Source: Eledone cirrhosa (taxonomy: Eukaryota). From it: a stretch of 64,000 nt of DNA. The translations under genes and the position numbers were made by a program. The DNA lies in contig OZ024763.1 of assembly GCA_964016885.1 (NCBI GenBank), positions 23,560,001 to 23,624,000 on the forward strand. The letters run 5' to 3'. Every line of letters starts with the position of its first letter. Within the stretch, counting starts at the first letter, position 1. Shown here in pieces: positions 15,568 through 26,980 of the stretch. The notes beneath the pieces are model-generated. The model was given only the letters and a program-made list of their open reading frames with translations. It searched no databases and was not told the origin of the DNA.

Positions 15568-15574
<7 letters not shown>
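15198..15574. mobile_element. Fold-back cassette (129-bp arms 15290-15418 / 15446-15574) with a one-sided tail, in (AT)n; probable Penelope-like remnant
   Basis: Perfect inverted repeat with a hammerhead motif in each arm. Confidence 0.8.
15469..15523 (+). ncRNA. Type I hammerhead ribozyme (mirror copy on the - strand in the left arm)
   Basis: ACTGC-CTGAAGA-G-GTCACAGCCA/TGGCTGTCAC-T-GAAA-TATATAT-A-GCAGT, with a palindromic stem III. Confidence 0.8.
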
Positions 15575-15642
<68 letters not shown>

Positions 15643-15997
15643 CATATATATGTGTGTGTATGGTACTGAGACAAAAACTTTAAAAAAGCCAATTTAGATC
15701 AGGAATTAGAAGTCAAATATTTCATTTAGATGTCAATAAGAACCTTTCACTTTTATTTACTATTATTAATCTGTCTAATCTAGCTTGGCTGTCCATCTAT
15801 CTATCTATCTATCTATCTATCTTGATAGAGTAAGACACGCTTCACATCGGCTCCGCTATTCCATCGGGATTTACCCTTACTATTGTAAGTACCGGATAAA
15901 TTTTTCAGTGCAACACATTTGGAACACTAACCCCTGTTTTTTAGGGAAACATTTTTGCATTTACCCCCTTTTTAGGGGGTAAAATAAATATCTATTT

Positions 15998-17653
15998 TTG
16001 CCGAAAAATTTCTTTCTTGGCAGCATGGCGGAAAAGATGGCAGACATGTCTGCCATTAGCTCTGCCACGCCCCCCAAGTCTGAAGAACAAAAAATAATTA
16101 CAACAAAATTAGACAATGAAACAAACAAAGAAAATGAAAAAACAAATGTTAAGGAAAATGAGCAAACAGAAAACAAACAAACAGAAAATAATACAAATAA
16201 CAACAGGGCAACTTTCGCCCAGAAAACAAAACAATCCATTACATACACACCAATTGACCTAACTGCCGCCAGAGAAAGACTGGCCGAAGCAAAGAAACAC
16301 ATTGTTTTGGGGGAGAACGGAATGTTTTCCATTAACTCCCCCCCAGAATTCAAGAAAGCCAGAGCAGAAAACACAGTTCTCTACAGAACTATACTGAACC
16401 AGACAAGAAAGCCAGCACAGCCCAGCCAAATGGAAATAGAGTTAGTCCTAAAAGACTATATGAAGAATATTCTCTTCATACGAAAGGACCGACTCTATGG
16501 CAGCATTTCGGTCCTAACAAGAGACAGGGAAACGGCGGAGAAGCTTTCCCTAAGCCCACTCTCATCGACAACATATAGCTTCTATCCCTCCTACATGGGT
16601 AGAAGAACACAGAGAGTAAAAGTAAAAACAATGCTGCCCACAATGGACTTCTGGTGGGCTATTGCTGGCTTCATTGATATGGGCGAAGACACAATGCTGT
16701 CAATGGGGAAGGCAACTGGAGATGCGTTCCTGGGAATGGGCCTCGACATACTAGTCCAAATGAGGCCCGAAAGAATAGCACAAATCCCGGATCGCATCTG
16801 GCTGGATGACCTTACCCCAATAGACATAATTGTAGAGGGGAGAAGACCAGCATGCTATTTATGCATGGAAAGGGGACACGTTAAGGCTAACTGCCCGAAA
16901 CGTATCCCCCAAAAAGGACTATTGCCCACACCCACCACAAACAGTACACCAACACCACCCACCTCCAAAAATACACTAATACCACACACAGCAAACAAAA
17001 TACAGACACCACCAACCACAAACACAACACAAACATCACCACCACCAGCACCAAACACAAGCACGACACAAAAATCACCACCACCAACCACAACACAAAC
17101 ACCACCATCACCAACCACAAGCACGACACAAACATTACCACCACCACCACAAAACCCATTCCAAACAAATAATAAAAAAAACAGTAACAAATCTACCCCT
17201 CCCGCAAAAAAAAAACAACCACACAACACGTCCCTCCCACCTAGCGCTGAAGAGTTTCCCCCAACTTCTGAAGAAGAAGGAGGAGAAGCCTTCAGACAAG
17301 TGAAAAGAAAAAAAAGAAAACACACACCCAGCACACCACAAATAACCCACACACAAACACCAACTCCAATCAAAAACACCCCACCCTCAACAAACAAAAA
17401 TAAATCTGCGCCTCCCCTCTCCGAAACATTGACAGCATCACAAAAAAAGACGTTGCAATACACATATATAAATAAAGAAAACAAAAAACTGGTTAAATTA
17501 ATAAACAATAACCCTATGGTGCAGACCGAAGGGCCAAACTTTATCTCAACAGAGAACTTCACCCATTTAAAAATGATAAAGGTCCCTCTGGACCTTTATC
17601 GTTCCTTAAAAGAACAATTTAGACGGGACGTGAGCCCCCCCCCCCCTGTTTAA
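15998..17653 (+). CDS. LINE ORF1 gag-like protein with a CCHC zinc knuckle and a P/T-rich region (first ATG at 16025)
   Basis: CYLCMERGHVKANC (C-X2-C-X4-H-X4-C), located upstream of ORF2. Confidence 0.85.
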   Translation: MPKNFFLGSMAEKMADMSAISSATPPKSEEQKIITTKLDNETNKENEKTNVKENEQTENKQTENNTNNNRATFAQKTKQSITYTPIDLTAARERLAEAKKHIVLGENGMFSINSPPEFKKARAENTVLYRTILNQTRKPAQPSQMEIELVLKDYMKNILFIRKDRLYGSISVLTRDRETAEKLSLSPLSSTTYSFYPSYMGRRTQRVKVKTMLPTMDFWWAIAGFIDMGEDTMLSMGKATGDAFLGMGLDILVQMRPERIAQIPDRIWLDDLTPIDIIVEGRRPACYLCMERGHVKANCPKRIPQKGLLPTPTTNSTPTPPTSKNTLIPHTANKIQTPPTTNTTQTSPPPAPNTSTTQKSPPPTTTQTPPSPTTSTTQTLPPPPQNPFQTNNKKNSNKSTPPAKKKQPHNTSLPPSAEEFPPTSEEEGGEAFRQVKRKKRKHTPSTPQITHTQTPTPIKNTPPSTNKNKSAPPLSETLTASQKKTLQYTYINKENKKLVKLINNNPMVQTEGPNFISTENFTHLKMIKVPLDLYRSLKEQFRRDVSPPPPV

Positions 17654-17861
17654 AACCGTTGAATCGCGTCCTCTTGAAAGATTTCCCCATAACCGCCCCT
17701 CTCCCTGACACAACTCCAAATACCCCAACCCCACCACACACGTGTACCCCCACACCACCACAAAACATCCCTCCACCCAACACACCTGATGCTATGGAAA
17801 TTACGCAACCCGGAGAGGTAAGTGCTTTTCTTTCTTCACTTTCAACACCAAAATAGATCAA

Positions 17862-20800
17862 TTGAGAGTTGGCTGTTTGAACGCGCGTGGCCTGGGCTCA
17901 GCTTGGAAGCAAGCAAAGCTTCTAAGTGACCTCAGGTCACAAAGTATAGATGTGATGGTTGTTTGCGAGAGTCGGATCAGCAGCGTGAGACAGCTGGCGC
18001 CCGCCTTCGATGACTTTGAGATGCACGCATCTCTCTGTCAACCCGGAGGCGGGGGGGGGGGGGGGGGAGTTGCCGTACTGCTGGATAAACGTCTGACTCT
18101 CGACGTACAGATTGTTCACTCGGACCCGGGGGGTCGATTACTGGTGCTGGACGTCGGAGGCGGTGAAGGCAGGGCTTTCAGACTGGTCGGTCTTTATGCT
18201 CCCTTCGGGGCGGAAAGAGCCGACTTCTTCCAGCGTCTGGAGACTTTTCTAGGAACGGCGCGTTCCCTGCTTTTAGTGGGGGACTGGAATGGAATCCTAG
18301 ATGCGCGTTGGGACTATGCAGGGGCATGTCCCGATAGAGGGGGGTGTAGCAGCCTCAAGGGGTTACTCGATCGATTCGACCTGGTCGATAGATTTCGACT
18401 AGATTGTCCAACTGCGCCAACCTGGACCTGGGCAAACCGCAGTGGACAATCTAGATCGTACCTAGATAGGTTTTTGGTTAGGAGTAAGGATAGGGACGTA
18501 TTTAGTTGTCCAGAACTGATCATGGTTGGCTATTCAGATCACAAATTAGTGACCTGCGTGGTCAACCTTGATAGAACGCATAGACAGGGTCCCGGTTACT
18601 GGAAGATGAACTTGTCCTTACCGACAAAGAAAGATTACAGAAACCGGATTAGTAGCTTAGTTAAGATGCGGTTGACGGGAGCGATCGTCAACAGTAGGTG
18701 GTGGGTATCTCTAAAGAGAGAGATTAGAGTAAGTTCGATAGGTTACAGTAAGGAACTAGCGGCGACTAGAAATAGGAAGGAAAGGGAGTTAACAGATAAA
18801 CTAGAAGAGGCGATTAGGAGCGGAGACGTAGCCAGAGTGTTAGCGGCGAGAACGGCGTTGAGCCAGTTCTTTGACGCGAAGCACGAAGGCTGCGTTGTCC
18901 GAAGTAAAATACGTGCTTTAGGAAACGAGGGGATCAAAGCTGTTAGCTGGGCCCGCGTGACAGAAGCCAAGAGTGGGATTAAATCCACCATTCGGTCTTT
19001 GCGAGACCAGGATGGACGGGTGATCCTTGAACCTGAGCGAATGTGCGAGACCTTTCAAAGGCACTTTGCTCGGCTGTTCGGAGGTGGCGGGGGGCCGGAC
19101 GGGGATGTGGACTTCGGTCCATACCTCGACGGTCTACCGCGTCTTTCGAGCGGCGAAGCGGAGTGCTGCGAAAGGCCAATCACAGCCACTGAAATCGGGG
19201 AAGTGCTCAGCCAATGCAGCAGACGCAAATCCCCGGGTCTCGATGGTCTACCATACGAACTTTATTTAGCTATGCCGGTCTTGTTCTCCGAACTCCTCGA
19301 GGCTGTCTATTGCAACTGGCAACAGAACGGGAGAATTCCCTGTTCTGTGACCAAGGTCGTGGTCACGCTAGTGAGGAAGGACGAGAGCAAGGGGGACGAC
19401 TTAAGTAACTTTAGGCCCATTACTCTGCTGAATGCAGAGTTACAGATTTTGGCCAAAGTGTTGGCGAAGAGGTTGGCGCTTGTGGTGGGTGGTTTGGTGG
19501 GAGACGCGCAGACATGCGCTATCCCGTCCAGGTCCATTCACGACAACCTCCACCTCATGCGATACATCATAGAGAGGGTTGGCTACGAACCCGGCTTTGG
19601 TGGGGCCCTGATCAACTTGGATCAATCTAAGGCGTTCGATAGGGTCGACCATGGTTACCTGGATGCGGTGCTAGCGGCGGCGGGCTTCGGACCCGTTTTC
19701 AGGGGCTGGATTTCTGCCATGCACAGTGGCAACATCTACTCTAGGATTAAAGTAAACGGCTACCTCTCGGAGCCGTTTCAAATCACCCGATCCATCAGAC
19801 AGGGGTGCCCCCTCTCCTCCCTTCTGTACGTATTGACTCTCGAGCCACTGCTGCGGAAGTTGGAGTTGCTGCGGGGCATACCCCTGGAACCGGGATTGCA
19901 CAAAGCGGTCTCGGCCTATGCCGACGACGTAACAGTAATGGTGGCGGACGCCTCGGAAATCGGGGCGATCGCCACCCTACTGGAGGAATACGAAAGGCTG
20001 ACGGGGGCTAAGCTGAACCAGGACAAGTCAGTCGGTTTGCAACTCGGAACGTGGAGGGGCAAACCGATGCCGTTAGACGGTGTCGTCGGGCGGTGGACGG
20101 AGGGCCCGGTGAAGCTGCTCGGGGTCTGGTTCGGACCGGACCTCCAGGTGGAGAAGAATTGGGGCGAGGTGACGAGCAGGGTGTTTGCGCTGACCCAGAA
20201 GTGGGCCAAGTGCAAACTATCACTGAAAGGTCGGGCGGAGGTGACGAACGCTTACATAGCGTCCGTCATCTACTACCGCCTGACCGTCGTGCCTTGCCCC
20301 AAGGAAAAGCTCACCATCATGGAACGCATGCTCTTCCAGTTCCTCTGGAAGAAGCGGCCTCCCATGGTGAGGAGATCCATCTGCTGCCAGCACCCTTCGA
20401 AAGGAGGGCTGGGTATGCCGTGGCTGTTGATGCGTAGGCACGCATTGAGGCTACGGCATCTACAGGTATTCCTCAACGGTCAGCCGGTGTGGGCCCCGTT
20501 TGTGAGGCGAGCCTTCCCACAGCTCGTCTCGCTCACCGAACTGCAATCCTGGGTGAAGCAAAGACCGAGAAAACTGGGCAACTGGCACACCGAGTGTGCC
20601 CAGGCGCTCACGGCTATCTGGCAAGCAGACCCGACTGTCAGTGGAGAATCCACCTCGACATTCTATAGAGGGTTGGTGGCTAGCAGGGGCGACGACACCC
20701 TTGGAGAGTCGCTAGGCATGGAGGAGGACGAACTGGCCAGCCTGTTCGGTAGAACTTTCGGCCCGGGACCCATGGACAACTTCCAGAGGTCCCTAGCCTG

Positions 20801-21299
20801 GCAGTGTTACCGGGGGGCTCTGCCCGTTCGAGAAAAGCTCTACAGACACGGGCGCCCGGGCAGGGATCCCGCGAAAAAGATCTGTCCCAGATGCGTGCGC
20901 GACGAGGAAACCGTTGCGCATGCACTGGTACACTGCCCGGGCGTTGCCGATCTGTGGGGCTACGTCGAACGACTGCTGTCGCGTGTGGCGCCGATTCGAT
21001 TAACCGCCGAGTCTGTGGTGAACATCAAGCCGCCTCCTCCCTTCAGAAATGAAGCAGAGGCGGTCTTTCTGTGCGTAATAGCCATGATGAAAGAGGTTGT
21101 GTGGTGGACGCGCCTGAAAGGTCTGAGGTCGGGTGACTTTCTCTCCGGCCATCACCTGGTTTACTTCTTCCGATACCACTTCGGAAGAAGAATCAGGATG
21201 GAGAGAGAAGTGCTTGGTCCCAGACAGTTTTATGAAAGGTGGGTGAAAGAAGCGAGAATGGCCCGTGTAAATGGGCCTTCTCTCTACATTGTTCTGTAG
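17862..21299 (+). CDS. LINE ORF2: APE endonuclease, reverse transcriptase and C-terminal zinc-binding domain
   Basis: LNARGL, GDWN, SYLDRF and SDH (APE); KSPGLDG, FRPITLLN, DQSKAFDRV, IRQGCPLS and YADD (RT); CPRC..ETVAHALVHC. Uninterrupted over 1145 aa. Confidence 0.95.
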   Translation: MRVGCLNARGLGSAWKQAKLLSDLRSQSIDVMVVCESRISSVRQLAPAFDDFEMHASLCQPGGGGGGGGVAVLLDKRLTLDVQIVHSDPGGRLLVLDVGGGEGRAFRLVGLYAPFGAERADFFQRLETFLGTARSLLLVGDWNGILDARWDYAGACPDRGGCSSLKGLLDRFDLVDRFRLDCPTAPTWTWANRSGQSRSYLDRFLVRSKDRDVFSCPELIMVGYSDHKLVTCVVNLDRTHRQGPGYWKMNLSLPTKKDYRNRISSLVKMRLTGAIVNSRWWVSLKREIRVSSIGYSKELAATRNRKERELTDKLEEAIRSGDVARVLAARTALSQFFDAKHEGCVVRSKIRALGNEGIKAVSWARVTEAKSGIKSTIRSLRDQDGRVILEPERMCETFQRHFARLFGGGGGPDGDVDFGPYLDGLPRLSSGEAECCERPITATEIGEVLSQCSRRKSPGLDGLPYELYLAMPVLFSELLEAVYCNWQQNGRIPCSVTKVVVTLVRKDESKGDDLSNFRPITLLNAELQILAKVLAKRLALVVGGLVGDAQTCAIPSRSIHDNLHLMRYIIERVGYEPGFGGALINLDQSKAFDRVDHGYLDAVLAAAGFGPVFRGWISAMHSGNIYSRIKVNGYLSEPFQITRSIRQGCPLSSLLYVLTLEPLLRKLELLRGIPLEPGLHKAVSAYADDVTVMVADASEIGAIATLLEEYERLTGAKLNQDKSVGLQLGTWRGKPMPLDGVVGRWTEGPVKLLGVWFGPDLQVEKNWGEVTSRVFALTQKWAKCKLSLKGRAEVTNAYIASVIYYRLTVVPCPKEKLTIMERMLFQFLWKKRPPMVRRSICCQHPSKGGLGMPWLLMRRHALRLRHLQVFLNGQPVWAPFVRRAFPQLVSLTELQSWVKQRPRKLGNWHTECAQALTAIWQADPTVSGESTSTFYRGLVASRGDDTLGESLGMEEDELASLFGRTFGPGPMDNFQRSLAWQCYRGALPVREKLYRHGRPGRDPAKKICPRCVRDEETVAHALVHCPGVADLWGYVERLLSRVAPIRLTAESVVNIKPPPPFRNEAEAVFLCVIAMMKEVVWWTRLKGLRSGDFLSGHHLVYFFRYHFGRRIRMEREVLGPRQFYERWVKEARMARVNGPSLYIVL

Positions 21300-21554
21300 G
21301 TGAAGAAGTGAAGAGGAAAGGGGGAGCGCCTCCTCTCTGGGCTTCCCCCGCGAAAAGAGTTGCACACTTTTCGGGGGTATGTGCAATCCCCAACACGCCC
21401 CCTCCCTTTTGAGGACTTTTTATTGTTATATTATTATTGTTATTCCTTTTTTCTTTACTCGATTTATGTAAACTTCCCCACTGTGTAAATGTCCCCTTCT
21501 TTTGTGCCCTCGTGGCAAATAAATAGAAATTTATCTATCTATCTATCTATAATA

Positions 21555-21653
21555 TCTATATGTTTTTATATTTTTTACACGACTGTATGTAAAATCCCCG
21601 GCATGTCTTTGTATTGTCCCATTTTCTTGTGCGCCCTTGTGGCTAATAAAGAA

Positions 21654-21721
<68 letters not shown>
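21555..21721 (+). mobile_element. Second, severely 5'-truncated 3' end of a related Tx1 element, followed by (ATCT)n
   Basis: TTGTGCGCCCTTGTGGCTAATAAAGAAA resembles TTGTGCCCTCGTGGCAAATAAATAGAAA at 21502-21529. Confidence 0.7.
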
Positions 21722-21730
21722 GCCTTATGG

Positions 21731-21796
<66 letters not shown>

Positions 21797-21987
21797 AGCA
21801 CGAAGCAAGTCAAAATGGTAGTCATCAGAAACGAACACTTTAAGGAAAGAATACACAGGCACACATATATATATATATACATATACATATACATACATAT
21901 ACATACATATACATACATATATATATATACACATATATACATACATAGATACTTATATATATATATACATATTTACATACATATATA

Positions 21988-22083
<96 letters not shown>

Positions 22084-22620
22084 CATACATACACAAATAC
22101 ACACACATATTGAAATTGAAAATATCGATTTCTAGAGTAAATGAACAGTGATCAATAAGTTTTTGATACATTGGGGAGGTGTGTTTGATTGTTTGTGTTT
22201 TTGTTTTTATTGTTATTTCTATTTTGTTGCTTTTAAAAGTATTTTATGTTTCTTTCCACGTCCATCATGTATCGTAGCTTTGATTTGAAGAGTTACCTCC
22301 CTTGGGGACTGTTTAATGTTTAATGCTACACATTGCGTTCATCGCATATTGTGTGGACGTAGCATGTAGTCTTTATGTATGTATGTATGTATGTATGTAT
22401 GTATGTATGTATGTATGTATGTATGTATGTATTTATGTGTGTGTGTATGAATGCGTGTGTATGTATGTATGTGTGTGTGTAAGTATGTGTGTATGAATGT
22501 GTATGTATGCATGTATGTGTGTATGAATGTATGTGTGTATGTATGTATGTGTATGTGTGTATGTATGTATATATATGTATGTATGTGTATGCGCATGTAT
22601 GTATGTATGTATGTATGTAT

Positions 22621-23690
22621 CGGGTCACTTGAGTGCTACTGGTAACATGTAACCTAGTACAACATGGCGCATGGTCGGGTCGTCGGCGTCTAAACCGGCG
22701 ACCCCACCAAGTTTACTTGATGAGGAGAGTGATTTTGGACACCCTGCAGGACAAGAAACAAAACCTGACAAAGGGCGGAAGAACGCATAAGAGTCAACGG
22801 CTATCCAAAAATGTGTAAATATGTATATACATATGTATATATGTATGTGTATGTATATGTGCGGGGACATAGAAATAATCGGGCTGGATACCCGATCGTG
22901 CGGTTAAACCACTGGGAGTGAAGGACCCCTAGCCTGTGTCAGGGCATTCTTCTAGGAGAAGTCAACTCAGGAAGCTGGGATAACTCCGACATAAAACCTG
23001 CGGCTCAGTAGTTACCGATGATATTGATCTTTTCTTCTTTTCGGGTTATAGCTACTGTCGCTCAGAGAGTGGGATTGGCTCAGTGCACAGCCTTTCCTCA
23101 CTTTAAAAAATATCTTCATGCACAGGCATTGCACGATAGCATTAATTGATAATTATTAATAATGTTATATTGTGCAATGACCATACTCGATAACGAGGGG
23201 GAAACCATCATGTATGTATGTATGTATGTATGTAAAAAAAAGGCAAAGGAGCTCTTAAGAGTCAATGGCCATCCAAAATCACCGGGAGAGATGACCCATT
23301 AACCTTTGTCAAGGCAGAATTCTAGACGGAAAACTCTGATATAACACCTGCAACCCTGATGGTATCCAATGATGTTGACTTGTTCTTCTTTTTGGTAAAT
23401 ATCATCTTGGTTAAGAGAGTGGGACTGGCTTTATGCAGTGCTTTTGCTCACTATAAAAGCTTCACGGCACAGGCATTGCTTTATATCTGGAGATCTCTCT
23501 GCACTTGTCGTCACATGGTACCATGGGCCCAGCACTATGTGTCAGTAATTGTCACAAGTGTAGTGTTTGTACCAGAGTTTTCAAGTCGCTGGCTGAACTA
23601 AAAAGTCACACTCGATCAGCGCATCGGTAGGGGTTCTCCTACATGGATATAAAGTAGTGGCCGTACTCGAAAACGAGTTGGCAGCCACCA
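22621..23690 (+). mobile_element. Cluster of non-autonomous RTE-like elements (22621-22812 5' part; 22858-23210 related subfamily; 23240-23690 3' part) with (TGTA)n tails
   Basis: Homologous to 50799-51396. CTAGGAGAAG(G)AAAACTCTGAT-type motif resembles RTE 5'UTRs. No long ORF. Confidence 0.6.
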
Positions 23691-23826
23691 TGTATATATA
23701 TATATATGTATCTATGTATGTATGTATCTATATGTATGTATCTATATGTATGTATCTATATGTATGTATGTATATATATGTATGTATCTATGTATGTATA
23801 TATGTAACCCCTTATATATATGTATG

Positions 23827-26487
23827 TTTTCTCTTTCTCTTAATTTCGAGTATATTTTTTTTTGACCGGCCACCTTCCTGGTGGCAAGGTTGTAAAAGAA
23901 AAGAAATTGTCATCCCTTGAATCGCAAGAATGTTTTGCATATTTTGAAGGTGCCAGCTATCGCAGCCATTTGTAGACTATGAATTAGGGAGCTGCGCTTT
24001 TTGTCCGCAAATCCAAGTTCGGTCATACTTTGGTCCAAGCGGGTTGGTATATAGCCCGTAGCACCAATAATGATGGGTATGAAGCTAAAGGTGTATCTTG
24101 GATACTGGATTTGTAAGCTCCTCATCAATGGTCCGTAGATGTCCTCCTTCTCCTGTATTTTTCTGACAACGTTTACATCAAGTGGGCAGCTGATCTCCAC
24201 AACAGAACACGTTTTCAATGTGTGGTCCCAAACTACAATATCAGGCCGGTTGTGCTTTAATTTGGTGGCAGTTTTTATTTTCAGGTTCCACCAGTATTCC
24301 TTAGTGCCATCTGTCTCAATATATTCTTCCTCGTTTGTTGTTAATTTTGTTTTCCGAAGTGCGTTCCAGATAGTTCTAGCTATCCCATCGTGTCTCATGG
24401 GGAGGTAGTAGCGAGATGACATTCTTTCGTAGCTGGCAACAATGTGGCTTACATCCTCGATCTTTGTTTTACATAGCCTACATTTATTGTCAGCTGCTGG
24501 CCCTCCTCTTTTGTGCAGCAGATATTTGGTAGGGAGTTCTTGTTCCTGTATTGCATAGAGATATCCCTCAAGGTGTGATGTCATAAACTTGTCGGAACTC
24601 CATGCCAGGCTTTTTGAGTGGTTTATCCCCTCTATGGTCTGTGTTTTACGCCTCAAGTATCCATGCACAACTTTCTCTGTAAATTGGTCAATTTTTTTTT
24701 TTCTTGTTTGAACATTGAATAGGATCTTCCGATTTCTCTGGGTGAGAGATTTATATCAGGCTTTATTCCATATCTCTCCTCCAGATCAGTCGCTATTCTA
24801 ATGATATTTCTTTTTTCATGCTCATAAACCTGAGCAAGATGGTCGCCAACCTTTTTCCTCTGTTGAAGGTGTTGCTTCAGTGTTACTATCCGGGTCTCAT
24901 ATGTTGTTAATATTGATTTTAGACCCCGGCCACCTTCCTTGCGTGAGAAGTATAGCCTATCCACATCACCATTGATGTTAAAGTTCCCAGTAACACTGAG
25001 AAGTTTTCGAGTTCTAACATCCATCTCACTTAGTTCTTGCAATGACCAGTTCAGTAGGCCAAATGTTGGCGTTAGAATTGGCACAGCATAGGTATTGTGG
25101 GCAATGTATTTGTTGTATGCTGACAGTTCTGATGACCATATTATTTTTACTCTTCTGAGGTATTCAGTTCTGGTTCTCTCCTTATTTATGGGTTCATCAT
25201 ATCTGACATTCTCATCCTGTCCAAGATATCTGTAGTTGTCACCTGACTGCAGAGGTTGTATTGTCAGGCCGTTCATCTCTAGATTTCTAGAGGAGGGCAC
25301 AGCTCTTCCACGTTTTACTGCCAAATATGCACACTTGGACTCACCAAATTTCATTTTGATGTCGGTTGAAAATTGTGTAATGAGGTCCAATTGTTTCTTG
25401 ATGTCATTGATATTTGGCCCATACAACCTCAGGTCATCAACAAAGAAAAGATGGGAGATACTTCTGGGCCCACTTCTTTGTCCACCTTGTTTCCTGAGTA
25501 GGTAAGATAGTGGATTCAGTGAGAGAACGAAGAGTAGTACTGACAAGCTATCACCCTGAAAGATGCCCTTCTGGTAATGTATCCTATCAGTCTTAACCTG
25601 CTCCTTCTCACCTCTAAGGATCAAATTGGTGTACCAGTTCTTGGTCAGGCGTTCAACAGCAGCTACTAATGGTTGTGGGACTTTAGCTAACTGTAAAGCC
25701 TTAATAATCCACCCATGAGGTACACTATCAAATGCTTTTTGATAGTCCAGCCACACGACAGTCATGTTTCTGCGATTCTTTGTTGTTTTTTCCTGAATCA
25801 TTTTGTTAGTTAGTAGGTAATCTATACAACCCCACACCTCCCTCTTTCCACCAGCTTGCTCAGGTGTTATGATGTTGTTGGTAGCACAGTGATCCTGTAA
25901 GAACAGGTTAAGGCACCCAGTATATAATTTATACATGATGTTTTGGCAGGCAATTGGGCGGTAATTTTTAGCAAGGGTGGTTTGGCTATTTTGGGGAATG
26001 AGGAGAGTAGTGGCAGTTGATAACCATCTGGGCAGTTCTTGTGTGCCCTTAATGGTTTCTGTAAACAGCCGTATGAGATCTTGCCGATAGAAAGTGAAAT
26101 TCTTCAACCAGTATCCTGTAATGAGGTCTGGGCCTGGCGATTTCCTATTCGACATTTTCTGTAGAGCTGTTTCCAGTATTGACCCATCTATGTCATATTG
26201 TTTTGTCTGGACATGTTGGCAGTAGTCCTGTTCCAGTTGTTTTAGCCAATTAGCTTGTCTGTTGAATCCGTCATCCGTTTCCCATACAGATCTCCAGTAG
26301 TTCTCAACCTGTTCTTTTGAAGGGGTGTCGTTTACAGGGATTGAGCTTTTGCCACCGAAGCTGCGATAAACTGATTTAGGATCTCTGGCAAACAATCTAT
26401 TTAGCACTTGTCGTTTATGGGCTGTTGACTTATATTTTAGTCTTTCTGTTGTAGCTGTGAGTTGTTGTTTCAACTGTTGTTTCAACT
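23827..26487 (-). mobile_element. 5'-truncated R4/Dong-type non-LTR retrotransposon (RT plus restriction-like endonuclease) inside (TATG)n
   Basis: See the pseudogene entry; (TATG)n on both sides. Confidence 0.9.
23910..26485 (-). pseudogene. RT-CCHC-RLE ORF split by one frameshift at the T11 run 24692-24702
   Basis: KSPGPD, NYRPIAC, WLDYQKAFDSVPH, GIFQGDSLS and FVDD; then CRLC..EDVSHI, RHD, NRPDIV..VVEISCP..EKEDIY. Confidence 0.9.
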
Positions 26488-26799
26488 ATGTATGTATGTA
26501 TGTATGTATGTATGTATGTATGTATGTATGTATGTATGTATGTATGTATGTATGTATGTATGTATGTATGTATGTATGTATGCATGTATGCATATATGTA
26601 TCTTTATGTATATATGTATGTATATATATATGTATCTATGTATGTATATATATATGTATCTATGTATGTATGTATATATATATGTATGTATGTATATATA
26701 TATGCATATATGTATATATGTATGTATGTATCTATCTATATATATATGTATGTATCTATGTATGTATGTACGTATATATCTATATGTATGGATGGACTT

Positions 26800-26980
26800 G
26801 TAACTCCATTAAAGTTCCTGGTATGCCATCATAAATTCTATTCAGTAGATCTCACCGATGGCACTCTCTTCCGGCTTCTTACCTTCCTGACCTCTAACTA
26901 CCATTTGCAAAAATTCAAAAGCAACATCAATCATCATCCTCTGTCTTCTTGAATTATATTCTCTCTATATCGTCTTGTCC
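26800..26980 (+). mobile_element. Degraded 3' end of a CR1/Jockey-like LINE ORF
   Basis: Frameshifted WHSLPAS.. / YHLQKFKSNINHH* resembles the WNSLP...FK C-terminus of these LINEs. Confidence 0.45.

Larger units (their letters stand above)
15822..21531 (+). mobile_element. Near full-length Tx1/L1-group non-LTR retrotransposon flanked by (CTAT)n
   Basis: ORF1 plus ORF2, a 3'UTR ending AATAAATAGAAAT, and (CTAT)n at 15795-15821 and 21532-21550. Confidence 0.93.

Noticed and set aside
17818-17856. GTAAGT...TAG mini-intron joining the inter-ORF peptide to ORF2
   Set aside because: Removing 39 nt keeps the wrong frame and meets a TGA at 17863.
17937-21396. Small overlapping or antisense ORFs inside the Tx1 ORF2
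   Set aside because: Expected by chance in GC-rich coding DNA; no motifs.
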